From Octopus bimaculoides (taxonomy: Eukaryota), in the NCBI RefSeq assembly GCF_001194135.2, contig NC_068984.1, forward strand, positions 18,567,136-18,631,135: 64,000 nt of DNA, in the 5' to 3' direction. Within the stretch, counting starts at the first letter, position 1; every line of letters begins with the position of its first letter. The notes beneath the pieces were generated by a model. It was not told the DNA's origin. It ran no database searches and worked only from the letters and a program-made list of their open reading frames with translations. Shown one piece after another: positions 12,472 through 26,000 of the stretch. Position numbers and translations under genes: made by a program.

Positions 12472-15400
12472 TACACACATGTATATATCTACAAACACAC
12501 ACAGTGGATGGAACAAATGCTTTCCCGCTCACAAGAACAATGTGGTAATTATAATACCGAGAGACATCCCATTTTTAAAGCAAGTTCTGCATCGCTGTTT
12601 ATTTATCTATATATTTATTTATTTAATGTTCTGCTATTTGGGGAAGCCTTCTTTTATGTTTGGAAATCTTATTCTAAATGCTTTCTGTTGCAAAAATTTC
12701 CAGAAACCATATTTTGCAAATTTATTGTAAGAACGTAGCATAAATTAAAATAGTATGTATAACCTTTTATTTTGTTTTCTCTCTCTTTCTCTCTCTCTCT
12801 CTCTCTTTCTCATGTAAGTTATCTTTTAAATGATTTTCCTTTTATTAAACTATCAGATACTTACAAAAATTGCTATTAAGACTTCGATATTTCTATATAG
12901 CAAACTTAACTGGCTCTTTAAGAAAACTACTATTTTTTTTTCTCTTACAATTTTTAGAAATATGTTTAAAGCTTCAGAAAAGTATTTAATCTGTCGTTAT
13001 CTCTATCAGTTATGATTAATAAACATTCTAAATTGATAAAATTTATCCATGCAGCAGTTAATCTCCAGTAATGAATCTCCATTATAGTTGTTCCAGTCAT
13101 ATAATTTTATACATTTATCATATAAAAATCATTAATGCTAAAATCCTGGATTAATATTTTTATTAGCTAATTTCACTTCAGATCTCTACATGTTAAGCTT
13201 TTATTCATGTTTCAAAAGAATGAGGTGAGTTGTAACAAATCATTTCTGAAATGAATGCCAAATCAAAAATTTGCAGAAATATGAAAATTGTGATTTGGTG
13301 AGATTTGTTAGTATATTTGTTTAATCTTACTAAATAAAAAGATTGCAAACTCTGAGATTTCAATCTGAAAATAACAGTTTGAAAAACAATTGACTTTATA
13401 ATCAAACATCATTTACAATATAGATTATCTAAGTCATCATTATCATCATCATCGTTATCATCAGTTAATGTCTGTTTTCCACGCTGACATGGGTTGGATG
13501 GTTCCACAGGACTGCATTGAGCTCCAGTGTTAGCTTTGGCATGGTTTCTATAACTGGATGCTCTTCTTAATATCAACCATTTTAAAGGGTGTACGGGATA
13601 CTTTTTTCTTTTGTGCCACAAGCACTAGTGAGGTTGCCAAGTAACTTGCAAGACAGAAAAAGAACGGGACTATAAAAAAAAACATTAATGGAATTGATAT
13701 GTGGCAGCTATGTAAAATTTATTCCTCAATAAGTTCTTTTCCTATATGTTTTCTAAAACAGTCTTTGACAAAATCTGTAATTCCATCTCCTTAAAACTTG
13801 TCTATTTATCCAGCTGAAATAATCAGTTTCTCTTTTTATAATTCAAGAAAGATATTCTAAAATTCTTAAAGCCCTTTATCTGGTCAACTCAGATAGTTGC
13901 ATTAATTAGGTTTGAAGAATGTGGATAGGGAACACATCAATTAGTGAACAACTATATAAATTCTGCAGGACCATTGTTTCCAATCTTTGTATGATACCTA
14001 CAACATAAAATTTTATATGTTTTAGATTAGCTCACTTATAGATTTGAAATTGGTATAATATATTTATCATCATCATCATCATTGTTTTACATCTGCTTTT
14101 CATGCTGACATGGGTTGGACAGTTTGACTGAGGACTGGTGAGCCAGAGGTTGCACCAGGCTCCAATCTGATCTGACAGAGTTTCTACAGCTGGATGCCCT
14201 TTCTAAAACTAACCACTCCAAGAGTGTAGTGGATGCTTTTACGTGCCACCGGCACAAGGGCCAGTCAGGCGGTTCTGGCAATGACCACGCTCAAAAGGTG
14301 TCTTTACATGCTACCTACAGGGAAGCCAGTCTGGTGGCACTGGCAACGACCACGCTCGAATATTGTTTTTCATGTGCCAGTAAAGCAACATTGGCAATGA
14401 TCATACTCAAATGGTACCTTTCATGTATCACTACCAATACATCTCAACATTGATATTGTCACAAATGTTACTGTTAAAAGGCAAAGTGCCAAAACAGTTA
14501 ATTCAAGAGATCTTACTTGATCCTCTAATTGTTGGATTGATAGTTTTTTAATATCAATCCCAGAATGCTGGAGGGCCAAATTGACCTTGGTGGGATTTGA
14601 ACTCAGAAGGCAGAGAGTTGGCATAAGTTCCATGAAGCAGTCATTCTATCCAACACTCTCACTTACTCTACCATTTCACCACATTAACAAACAAATATTA
14701 TTTCTTGTCTTGACTGGATAGATCTGTTCTCTCTCTCCCTCTCCCCCCCCCCCCCACTTTTCTGGTAAATCAACTCACTCTGAAATGTAGCAACGTACCA
14801 GGAAGGTAGGCAAGTAGTGAACATTTTTTTACAGAAACAAATTTAATATTAAGTATGCTTCAAACATTAGGCCTCACCAAGACCTTTGGAAATATGCAGT
14901 GTGTGAGATGACCTGGCAAGCCAAGTGAGACCCTAATCCGAGGCCTCTGCCAGGGATGTAACCAACCCACTTATGCATACCTTTCCTTCATTGGACACTA
15001 AACTCTGTTTGCGAAGACCAGTTGAGGCATATGAAATCAATCCAAATTCGATGAATGGCACCCATACCAACCTCTCCTTCATTGGACACTAAAGTAAACT
15101 TGTGAAGACCTGTTGGGGCAAGCGAAATCGAAATCGTGATTGAACCAAATTCGATGACTGGCACCTGTGCCAGTGGAGCGCTAACAGCACTTTCCGAGTG
15201 TGATCATTGCCAGAGCAGCTGTCTGGTTTCCATGTCAGTGGCACGTAAATAGCACCATTTGAGCGTGATCGTTATCAGCATTGCCTTACTGGCACGTGAA
15301 AAAACATTCGAGTGAGGTCATTGCCTGTGCCGCTGGACTGGCTCCTGTGCAGGTGGTACATAAAAAACACCATTTTGAGCGTGGCCATTGCCAGTACCCG

Positions 15401-16983
15401 CCTGACTGTCCCTCGTGCCGGTGGCATGTAAAAGCACCCACTACACTCTTGGAGGGGTTGGTGTTAGGAAGGGCATCCAGCTGTAGAAACTCTGCCAGAT
15501 CAGATTGGAGCCTGGTGCAGCCTTCTGGTTCGCCAGTCAAATCGTCCAACCCATGCTAGCATGGAAGGCAGACGTTAAACGATGATGATGATGATGATGA
15601 TTTCACATGTATGATAAAGATGTCCTCATTAAGGTAAATCTCTCATTTTTTGGATTCCTTCATTGCTTAGAAAAATAACATGGATTGAAACAGCCTCATT
15701 TTATCTGTATAGGTAATGTGCATGTTTAGAGGGCAAATTGTTTGCTTGTTGGTTTTAAGACAGCTTAAGGCATTATTAATTCAAGAATCTGATATGTAGG
15801 GTTTCAGGATTGATAAAGATAGTGCACATTCATCGCAAAAGAAGAAGAGAAAATTCTGATTTCTGGTTTACAAGTTCTTTCAGATGTACTGGCAATACAA
15901 ATATATATTTTAGTTTCAAAGGTTCAGGAAGGGGATCATTAGATATGCTGACTTAGAAAGGCTTGCTTCCCTATGGAAGGACATGAAATAGCACAAATTT
16001 TCAGAGGAATTCTACATAGCAACCTACCACTTTGAACCCATAATTGAAATAGTTGACATTTTGTCTAAGACCCTATACCAGAAGACTACGGGGAAAAAAT
16101 GAGCTACTATATCTTTTAATAAAGAATGGTGCTTATTACGTAGTTATGAGTATGTGACTTTTATCAAAAGAAAGCAATTATTAAAACGTACACTATCTAG
16201 AAAATTCTTATAAATTCTAATATTAATTATCACAGTTTGGTTTTCAAGCTTCTATTATTAAAGAAGATGAACAGAAAGACCACACTCCAAGCAGTTTCCT
16301 GATAGTTATAAAAATAGTATTAATGATTGTCCATGAAAATTTTTTTTTACAACTGAATAAGAATTTGGGTTGTTTTTTTTTTCTGTGATGGACTGAGGCT
16401 TTTTTGAGTAGTTTTTGTTAAGTATATTTGGTAATATTTTCAAGATTTTGGTATTTCTTTGTTATACAGTAAAGTGTTTTCTTTTTTCATTTCTTGTTGT
16501 TCATTGTCAGACAGTTTGTACATATCAGTTTAAAATTTATGTCTGTTCAATATTGTTGTATGATTATTTCTGGTCATAAACGTCTAGAAGCTTCAGGATT
16601 AATCTTGTTGTTCTTGTTAAACTTGTGCACCTCTTGCTGACTTTTAGGAATATTTTCCTTCTCTCCTGTGCCTTCCTCCTGTTCCATTAGTGTTAGTAGA
16701 CCTCCTCTACTACTGCACAGAATTCAACCCAGCTTGAAAAACAAAAGACCTTCTATCCTTCCCTTGCATGTACAACATGTGTCATACCATGGACGAAATA
16801 TTGGGTACTGAGAGCATAGTTTTATTGCCAGAAAAACAATTCAACTTCAGTAATGAAATTTATATTAAAAAATAAAACTGTTTTTAAACAGCTTTTACAT
16901 TGTATCATGAGTACAGTGCTGCTAATTAACACATTACCAGCTAGAATATCAACGTCAGTCTTCACATCCAACACAAAGCAGAA

Positions 16984-17023
<40 letters not shown>

Positions 17024-18721
17024 ATCTCTTTCCATCTTTCTCTATCTCTCTCCATCTCTCTCTCACATGCACATACAAAGACAAGAAGCATTGATGTTCA
17101 TTAATTCACTTAATTCTCTGTCATGTTATTATCTAGTTACTCGTGCTGAGGTAGCAATATATCAAACCTTGTAGAACAGATCCCTGGCAACAATAAAATA
17201 AAAATTGAAGCCAGTTGCCATAGTGATCTATGTAATGAAGATCAACATTAGAAAGTATGTAAAATAAATGCTTTGTTTTTTTTTTTGTTTTTTTTTTTAC
17301 TACAACTGGAAGAAAAAGGCACTGCTTGTTTGGCTTTATAAACAATTTTTCATAGATAAATTTACAATGACTATACTGTAGAACTGCTGTGGAAAATGAC
17401 CAGTGCACACACATATAAGTATATGTATATATTATATATGCATATGTATGTATAGATATATTATGAAATACGGTATTTTTGAAGTCATCTGTAGGTATAG
17501 AAGGAATTCAATAAGATTTCTAATCTAATAATATTTGCAGTATTTTATCTTCAGTACTTTTGTTTCTCCTGTTTGCCTTAAATAAACAATTTTACTGTTT
17601 TATAAATCATTTATTTTCTAAATGATTTACATAAGATATACATTCACTCTTTACATTGGTGAAGAAATAGAACACGAGAGAGACTGGGAGGGGTAGAAAA
17701 CTCATTCTAATAATTGAAGTACATGTTTGTTTGTGTGTGTGTGTGTGTATTTATATATAGAGTGATAAATAGACAAATAGCGATATCAATATTTATATAT
17801 TTGAATTGTGTCAGCGATCAGGTCACATATTGTGTGATGAAAATTTTGACACCAAATAATAAATATTTATGGGAAGTTTTTGTATGCTTCTGACTGGTTC
17901 ATATGTGTCTGTCTTCCATGATGTTTTTGTTTTAGTTTCAACATACTGTCTCAGATCAAATCACTTGCCTGGCAAGTACACCTCCAATATATATATGTGT
18001 GTGTGTGTGTATGCATACACACATATGCCACAGAAACTCCCAAAACTTGGCACAAATAACTACCTATGGAGAAAACCAAACAGTACCAATATAAGTGATC
18101 TCCACAAACTATAAATCCACAAATCCTTTCCACTTTACTAGAATGAAGGGCAATGCAGGATAATGAGACTAAGATATAAGAAATTAACAATCGAGCATAA
18201 CAAATGTGTATTCCCATCATCAGCTGCCAAACTGATATCATTATGGTTTCAACACCTGGATCTACCAGTCAATCTGGTGGTGTCAACAGTGTCAAAAATA
18301 TCTCATTGTAGAATTAGGTGCAAGTGTCATTCTTAATATGATGAATCAAACATAATTTTTAATCAAATGGAATTACAACTGTAACAAGAAGAAAAAGTAA
18401 TCACTGTAAATGAAAATTTCTTTCAAAACAACAAGGGAGCAAACTCCTGAAAGTTCAATCAACAAGGAAATCAAATCAATACACACACACACACAGCATG
18501 TGACATAAATGTTAGTGTTGGGGTCACAATTATTAGGCCATACCTTTAATTCCAAACCAGGCTGCAGTACACATTGTCTCAGTCTACTCAACTGAAAATG
18601 AGTACCTGTTTAAAGGGCCATTCAAGAGGATTGACTTGGTGACAAACCAACCTTCCATTTCTACTATAGAAAGACTATCATGAGAATCTGAGTTGCCTGC
18701 AGCTTTGACAGACTGCAACTG

Positions 18722-18757
<36 letters not shown>

Positions 18758-19364
18758 GGGTAGGCCGGTTTATGGAGTTATCCCAGGTCTCTCGCTCATA
18801 AGGGGTTTAGCCTTACGGCATATCTGCAGACCTCAAATACTGCTAGCCTGAGACCTCTTTAAAATATGGAGGGGGTAAAAACCCTAGGTGATTATCTCCC
18901 TTTGTCATTGTCCATCGATCTTTGGCCACGCTGCCATCTTGCAGTCACCAAGGATGTCAGCGTGGTCAAAGATTGGACAATGGCAAAGGGAGCTAATCAC
19001 CTAGGGTTTTACCCTTAAAAAAGGAGGCTATTTCCCCCCTCCATATTTTAAAGCGGCCTCAGGCCAGCAGTGTTTGGGGTCTGAAGATATGCCATAAGAC
19101 TAAACCCCTTATGAGCAAAAAAACTCAGGATAGCCCCATAAACCAGCCTACTCTACTATGATATTAACTGCTCTACATCTTAGAATGTGCTTCTCCTCCA
19201 GATTTATGTATTTCTACAAACGATATATATACACATGTCTGTGTGTGTGTTTGTTTTCATTTATATATCTATACGTAGTTATGAATATATTTCTGTATGT
19301 TAGTGTGTCTATGTACATACAAGTATACTAGACTCTGTGTGTGTTTATGTCTGTATGTTTGATG

Positions 19365-19405
<41 letters not shown>

Positions 19406-22400
19406 ATATATAATACACACTCACACATACGTACATAGTGAGAGAGGGCAGTAATAAAAAATGTATGTGATATCAATTATTGAAAAGTATTTCTTTATTT
19501 TTTTATTCAAGATGAATGCAACCAAAATCCTCTGAAGAATTCACAAATATATAATAAACCTAATTAAATTATTACTTCATATTTTACCAAACTGTTATTA
19601 GTCTTATTTTTTCAGTTATCATTTGTCTAGCTGACTGAATATAATACAAACTCTTCTGCTTTCATATTCTACTAAGAAAAATATACATACATACATACAT
19701 TATGTCTTGGTTATATATACTAAATAAGAGATATATATAGACATATGTATACAAAGCTGCTGCTTCTAGTGAAAAGATATAGTGTCATCTTATCTCGTGG
19801 TTTGACAAGTTGTACAAAAAATACATTTCAAACGAAAGTAATTTTGGTGAAAAATATTTTGACCATTCTTCGTGTTTTTATTAATTTCTATCTCTTTGAA
19901 TGAATTGCTTGTTTGTTTAGCAAAGCAATGAGAGAGATAACCGAATTTATGTATTCTTTGCTCATAAAAATAAACTATACAGAATGGAAAATATTTTTGA
20001 GCTTCTGGTTGACATTGTGTGTGTGTGTGTTTAGGCATGGCTATGAAATTGAAATTGGTTGCTTCTCAAAGACATGGCCTCAGATTTAGTCCTTCAATCC
20101 CATTACATTGCACCTTGGCCAAGTGTCTCCCACCATAGCTTCAGGCTTATTGATGCCTTATGGAGAAATTTAATAGAAACTGTAAGAAACTCATTGTGTG
20201 TGTGTGTGTGTGTGTGTTTATAATCTGTGCTGAACTATGGTTACAAAGGTAACATGAGTGTCTGTAGCTGAGCTGCAACTAGTGTTGTTGACATTTCTTA
20301 TCAGCAAATCATCCTCAAGCTCTGTGCTTTGGAATTTTTCTTAAATAGAAAATCCCTTGCTTGCAAAACAGGTAATGGTTGGCAACAGGAAGAGCATCCA
20401 ACCATGAAAAATCCTATTTCAATCTCAATTTGTCAGACCTACACTAGCATGAGCTAGACAGTTTGATATATGTATATATAAGGCTTTATTGACTTGATGT
20501 GTTCTTAGGAATAAGTTAAGTAATAGGATATGGAGAGAAGCTGTTTTCTAGGCATTTCCATGATTTAAAACTGATACATATTGTTTGCAATAATCATCAT
20601 GACAATAGTAGTGATGATGATGCTAACCAAGACAATGATGGTCATCATCATCATCATCATTGTTACTATCATTATTATCATGATAAATCTGAATCCATTT
20701 GAATTTAGGGAGCAAATTGTTATCTTGACGTTGTGTGTGTGTGTGTAAGTGGAAATGTTAGTTTATGAATTTTAACCATTTTTTTGTTGTTTAAATTTCC
20801 TTACTGGGATAATTTCATCCTTAGCCATTGCTTGGTAAAACAGACTTTCTATTCCGAACACAGGTTCTGTATTGGTATACTCAATTTAGAAGACACAGAA
20901 TAAACATTTTATTAATAGGAAAGTGAAAGAAGATAAATTGACCATTTGAAGGGAAGCAAAAAGAGCTGACATTTTGAGATTACCTTTTCAATGCAACAAA
21001 ATTAAATCCGATGCTTTCTATGCAGTGTGTATATATGTATGTATGTATATAGGTTCATCCTAGGTTATCAATGTTTATTTTGGATAGCATTTTCTCTCAC
21101 CATGAACGAAGTATGACATATCAAGTGCTATATATATGCGTATCATACCTTCTTATTTGACCGACTATCTATATGTCACAGGTCACCTTGATCAGAGCAG
21201 ACTTGTAGCTACGCTATGATGACTAAAATAGCTGTATTAGCTTTGCAAAGCTAAGGAAAAACCTTAATCAATTTTTTTTTATGATACTTAACAATTTTAT
21301 ACCATATTCCTGTTGGAATATGCCACCTTTATTTCAATTAATTTTGAAAACAGTGAAGAATTTAGTAAAATAAGTTTGTCATTATTAAGACAGTGTTTGG
21401 AATGTAAATTAACCCGAAATTTTGATGGAAGGTTTTAATTTATATCACTTTAAAACTGGAAATGTGTATGATAGAACCATGGATGTTCTCGAGTGGGTTG
21501 GTGTTAAATGGGTTAAAGAGTAAAGGTGATACTATCAGAAAGATGATTTACTCAAATAAAACAAAAATATTTCCAAACCTCCAAGCAATCAATCAAAGAA
21601 CAAAATGTCTTAATAAGAAGTTTCTTTTATCATCTTCCAATAACTTATGGTGCCATCTCAAAGTTAACTTTACACTAATACAAGTCAGTGAACCTTATCA
21701 AATATATTTAGCAAGTTTTACCAATTTTTTTTCCATTACAACTTTTCTGATAGCTTTTGAAATAATGGTTTCCTAGGGTTTTTTATTTATTTATGCTGTG
21801 ATTCAGTTACTGAAAGTCATTCCACCCAATGATTTGATCTTGATTGATCTCTATGTCTTTGATTTATTTAATTAGTCTCATACAAAAACACATTATAAAG
21901 CTTCGTTCACAAATTTATCACTAAATTCAGATCGGTCCAATTTTCTGCAGCCAATTTCGCAATAAGCTGGTCCCACTGAATATTGTGATTTCAGTTGTAA
22001 ATTAGAATGTTGTTTTGTTATATCTCAGTTGTGATGAATAATATATTCTCTTCTCAGTGTGTTTTCACTGAAAAGGAATTCAATGATAGTTGATTAGTTG
22101 AACAGTCAACTCAAAAATAAGTCTCTTTTTGACCATACTAGTTTGGATGTACTACAACTCTTGGTATGAGGAACTTTTTTTTTTCTCCAATAAAAGGATA
22201 AATCTTTTCTATATTATTACTAAATTTCTGAAGATTTGTGACTGGTTTGTAAGTTCATTTTGTGATCTTTTATTCTTAGTTCTTAGAAATATCAGGATAA
22301 ATTTCTTCCTTTCCCATGGAACTTTTTATCTGGTTTATCTAAAACTGTTACTAATATTGTTCAACAGAAATTATGAACACTCAAAAAAATACAAATTAAA

Positions 22401-23039
22401 TCTAGAATACTTAGAATTTGATTATCCTATTTTCCCCCAAAATAATATACAAAAATACTTGTATATTACATATATTTGTATATCAGCTGATAAAAAAATA
22501 TAGCTGTATATTATTTGATATGCAGACACTAAAAAATGTTTTAATCATCCTCTCAAAATGATTAGTTTGTATGGTCATCAGCTTTTACTCATATTTTGAT
22601 ATATTGTAAAGACTTTATTGAAAACACAACCCTGTGACAGTTATTTGCTGTTATTTAATGTGAAGATATAGATTAAGAGGAGATATCAATGGTTGTTCCC
22701 AATATTTTGTTGGATAAGTTCTTATTTTCACATATTTCCTTTTTGCTTTGATAACTCTGAAAGAGGAGAGTACAGATTTATAATATGTTACTGGTTTCAT
22801 GATAGTTCCCAAAAGAAGGAGTGGATACCTACAAGGAATCTACAACAGTTGCAGCATTTATCAAGTGTTGGGCTGAGTAGCAGAGGGGAATTTAAGCATT
22901 GCTTTTTCATAGTTTTTTATTAGCAACACTTAATAGAAAGAAAAGGGAATGAAATCACATTTTGTTGTTTGTATTTTTCTTTTAATGAGTGTATGTGTGT
23001 GTGTGTGTGTGTGTGCATGTATGTATGTATGTATATATG

Positions 23040-23092
<53 letters not shown>

Positions 23093-26000
23093 ATGGGTGC
23101 CTATATATCTGCTGTGGGCGTTAGATAATCTTTTGTGTAAAGCACCTTTTCTTTCTGTTGTCATATATTTGTTAATTTTGTCAATGATTTTGAGTTGAGT
23201 TGCAATGACACTACATCCGTTTGCCTGCTTTGTCTTGCTAGAATATATTTCTTTTGATAATATGATTGAAACTAATGGACGAACATCACCACCACAGTTT
23301 GCAGGATGAGGTAAGAGTCAAAAGGGATTAAACAAATTATTCTTTTCTCTCCAAACGAGCTACTAACATCAGTTATTTAGATCTAAATTTGAAGATCCTA
23401 CTCATTTAAAAATCATGGTTTTAGCATGATGTAAAAAAAAAAAAAAAGTAAGGAATTATAAAAAAAAAATAAGCGAAAAGCATATCATTCATTTGTTCTG
23501 TCTCTCGACAACAATTTCGACAATTTTTTTCTCTCAAGGTGATGTTTCTGAAAATTACTTTTGTAGTTGTTCATTCTCACCCACCACCACCACCACCATC
23601 CCAGGTTTTTTTGTTTTGGTTTTTAATTCACAATTCATTCATATTATTACCATATTTCTATATATGTATATATATATATATATCTTACTGTCATATATTG
23701 TTCATTTACCCTACTTAATGATTATATATGTGTTTGTATCAAATAGTGGTGTATTTTGATGTGATTTCTTATTACTTATGTTTACCAGCATGGAATGTTT
23801 CTTCTCTCCATCTCAACTCTTTTAAGTGTGCATCAATGACATGAAATTTCAATCTGTTGTTGGGTGGGAATGTCAATCGTTGTTCTTTTACTCATCTTAA
23901 TATCATTATCATTTTGTTTCTTTGCTTCTAACAGAATTACATGAATGCATTACTTCGAATCATTAATAACTGTAACATTGTTGTTATTATTGTAATTAAT
24001 ATTTTTAATAACTTACTTTCTCATTGTTATTTCTCCTATTCTATAACTGTTCCTTTTTATTCTTTTCATACTTACATAATATTTTACTTTACATTTTTAT
24101 ATTTGTGTGAGAATTTTACTTTTTATATGCTTTCATATATCTGCAATTGCAGATGAAACATAATTACTACACATGTTGTTGATAAACCTGACTTTAGCTT
24201 AAATTATGTTTAGCATGCTGAATAAATACAAGCTCTGTGATGGATTTACATCCAGATACATTTCCTACATTTACATAATTCATCATTATGAACATTAAAG
24301 TCATAGTCTTGGCTTCAGTATAAAGTTTTTGTAAATATTTCTTGCAAAGTTATTATTTAGTGTAGTCACTAGAGAACTGCCTACAAATATATATTTGTTA
24401 TCACAGACGCTCTGCTAGGACAACTTGGACAGTGGATATCTAAACCCCCAGAACGTGAGTGGTTCCCTTAAATTTTTTTTTTTTTTTAAACGCATCCCCA
24501 AATTCATTCTTCTGTCAGTCATAATCATTTTCCCCCCCTTTTTAGTACATCATATATATTAAGATGTGCATGCTATATATTTTGTATATTTCATCTAGAT
24601 GACAGGCATGGTATTTTTATATTGAGCATGCTGCTTGCCTTATAAATTATCTAAAGGAATGTTTATTCACTTACAACAAAATACTTTCATATCCTACCTA
24701 GTTTTAAATAAATCTATTTAATATATATATCCTCTTACATAACAAATTGGAAACTTATAAACGTATTTTAAAAGATGTCTTAATTTGTAAAATAAAATCC
24801 TGGCTGGAAGGAATTGTAAACTTCGGAGCAAATTAAAGATTTCTTTTTGTTTTTGACCTCGAAGTTTCTCAAAGAATTGCTAATCACGTTAGTAAGATCT
24901 GAGTAATTATATTAGCCACGTTTATTGGAAAAGGAGACCTTTGAGCTGAGTGAAAACCTATATGTGAGTTTAACATGGATTACTTTTATTGTGAGTTATA
25001 GAAAATAGCAGAAAATAAGTTACAGAAGGTCGAAATAACCCTCCTTGTTAACTCAATCAACTGAGTTATTTAAAAAAATCAAAATACTTAAACAGAAAAC
25101 TCTAATAATGAGATATAAGGAGAAAAGATTCCCTTTTGCTTTCATGAGAACCAGAAACATTGAAAGTTAATTAGTTTTAATCCCATCAAATAATCCTTGA
25201 TTGATTTTTACAAAGTACAATTCTTGTTCTTATAAACTATAAAAAATCACAAACATTCCTTGAGGTAAGAAAAAGATGTTTTACATTCCTAAGATCAGTG
25301 CAATTTGATTTCCATTTCTACTGTATAAAATTGTTTCCACACATGTGCATGCTTTCATTGTAATGTTGATTGAACACTTGGATTTTAGGAAAGTGCAGGC
25401 ATGACTATGTAGGTAAAAGAGTGCATTGGAAGGTTAGCCAAGCATGTGGTTTTTAAATAACAGAAAAGTGATATGCACACAAATCAGAGATTGTAATAGA
25501 GAATAAGAACTTTGGGTTTTTATTGGGTTTTCCCGTTAATACTGACCATGCTATTGAAACAAGAAGATCAGTTATGATTATAGAGCACAAAATGAAACAG
25601 ACAGTGTAAGGTCATTGACTTTGCAATTCCCTATGACAACAGAGTAGATAAGAAAGAAATTGAAAAACTTGAGAAATATCAGGACCTAGTCAGAAAGATG
25701 AAGACTGTGTGAGACTTAAGATGACAATTATTCCTATTGGAATTGAGTCTTGCATTGTCAACCTGCAGAAAAGTGCAATCCTGTATTCTGCAAAAATTCT
25801 AAGAAAGATTCTTGTGATTTGAGGAGACTTGTCACCAAACTTCATAAGATCCCTGCTAAATAATATAGTATATAATAATAATGATAAAGCTATATTGTTT
25901 ATTTATTAAATCATCGGTGGAGTAATCTTTTACAAGCAGTTAAGATTTTTTTTTTTAATATTTTATTGTTAATGTGAAGAGTATTAGCAGCATCCATAGC

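Noticed and set aside
12143-12738. Overlapping 114-195 aa ORFs on both strands
   Set aside because: They come from TA/TG/CA repeats and have no splice or homology support. The same applies to ORFs near 9441, 10980, 22982, 37587, 47619 and 48986.
16640-16812. Possible extra KIF13 exon after a ctgac branch-like site and pyrimidine tract
   Set aside because: Several competing AGs, no phase-compatible strong donor, and the frames end in stops; too ambiguous to call.
23307-23309. Selenocysteine or stop-codon readthrough at the TGA
   Set aside because: Kinesins are not known selenoproteins, I see no SECIS, and the +4 base is G rather than the leaky C context.
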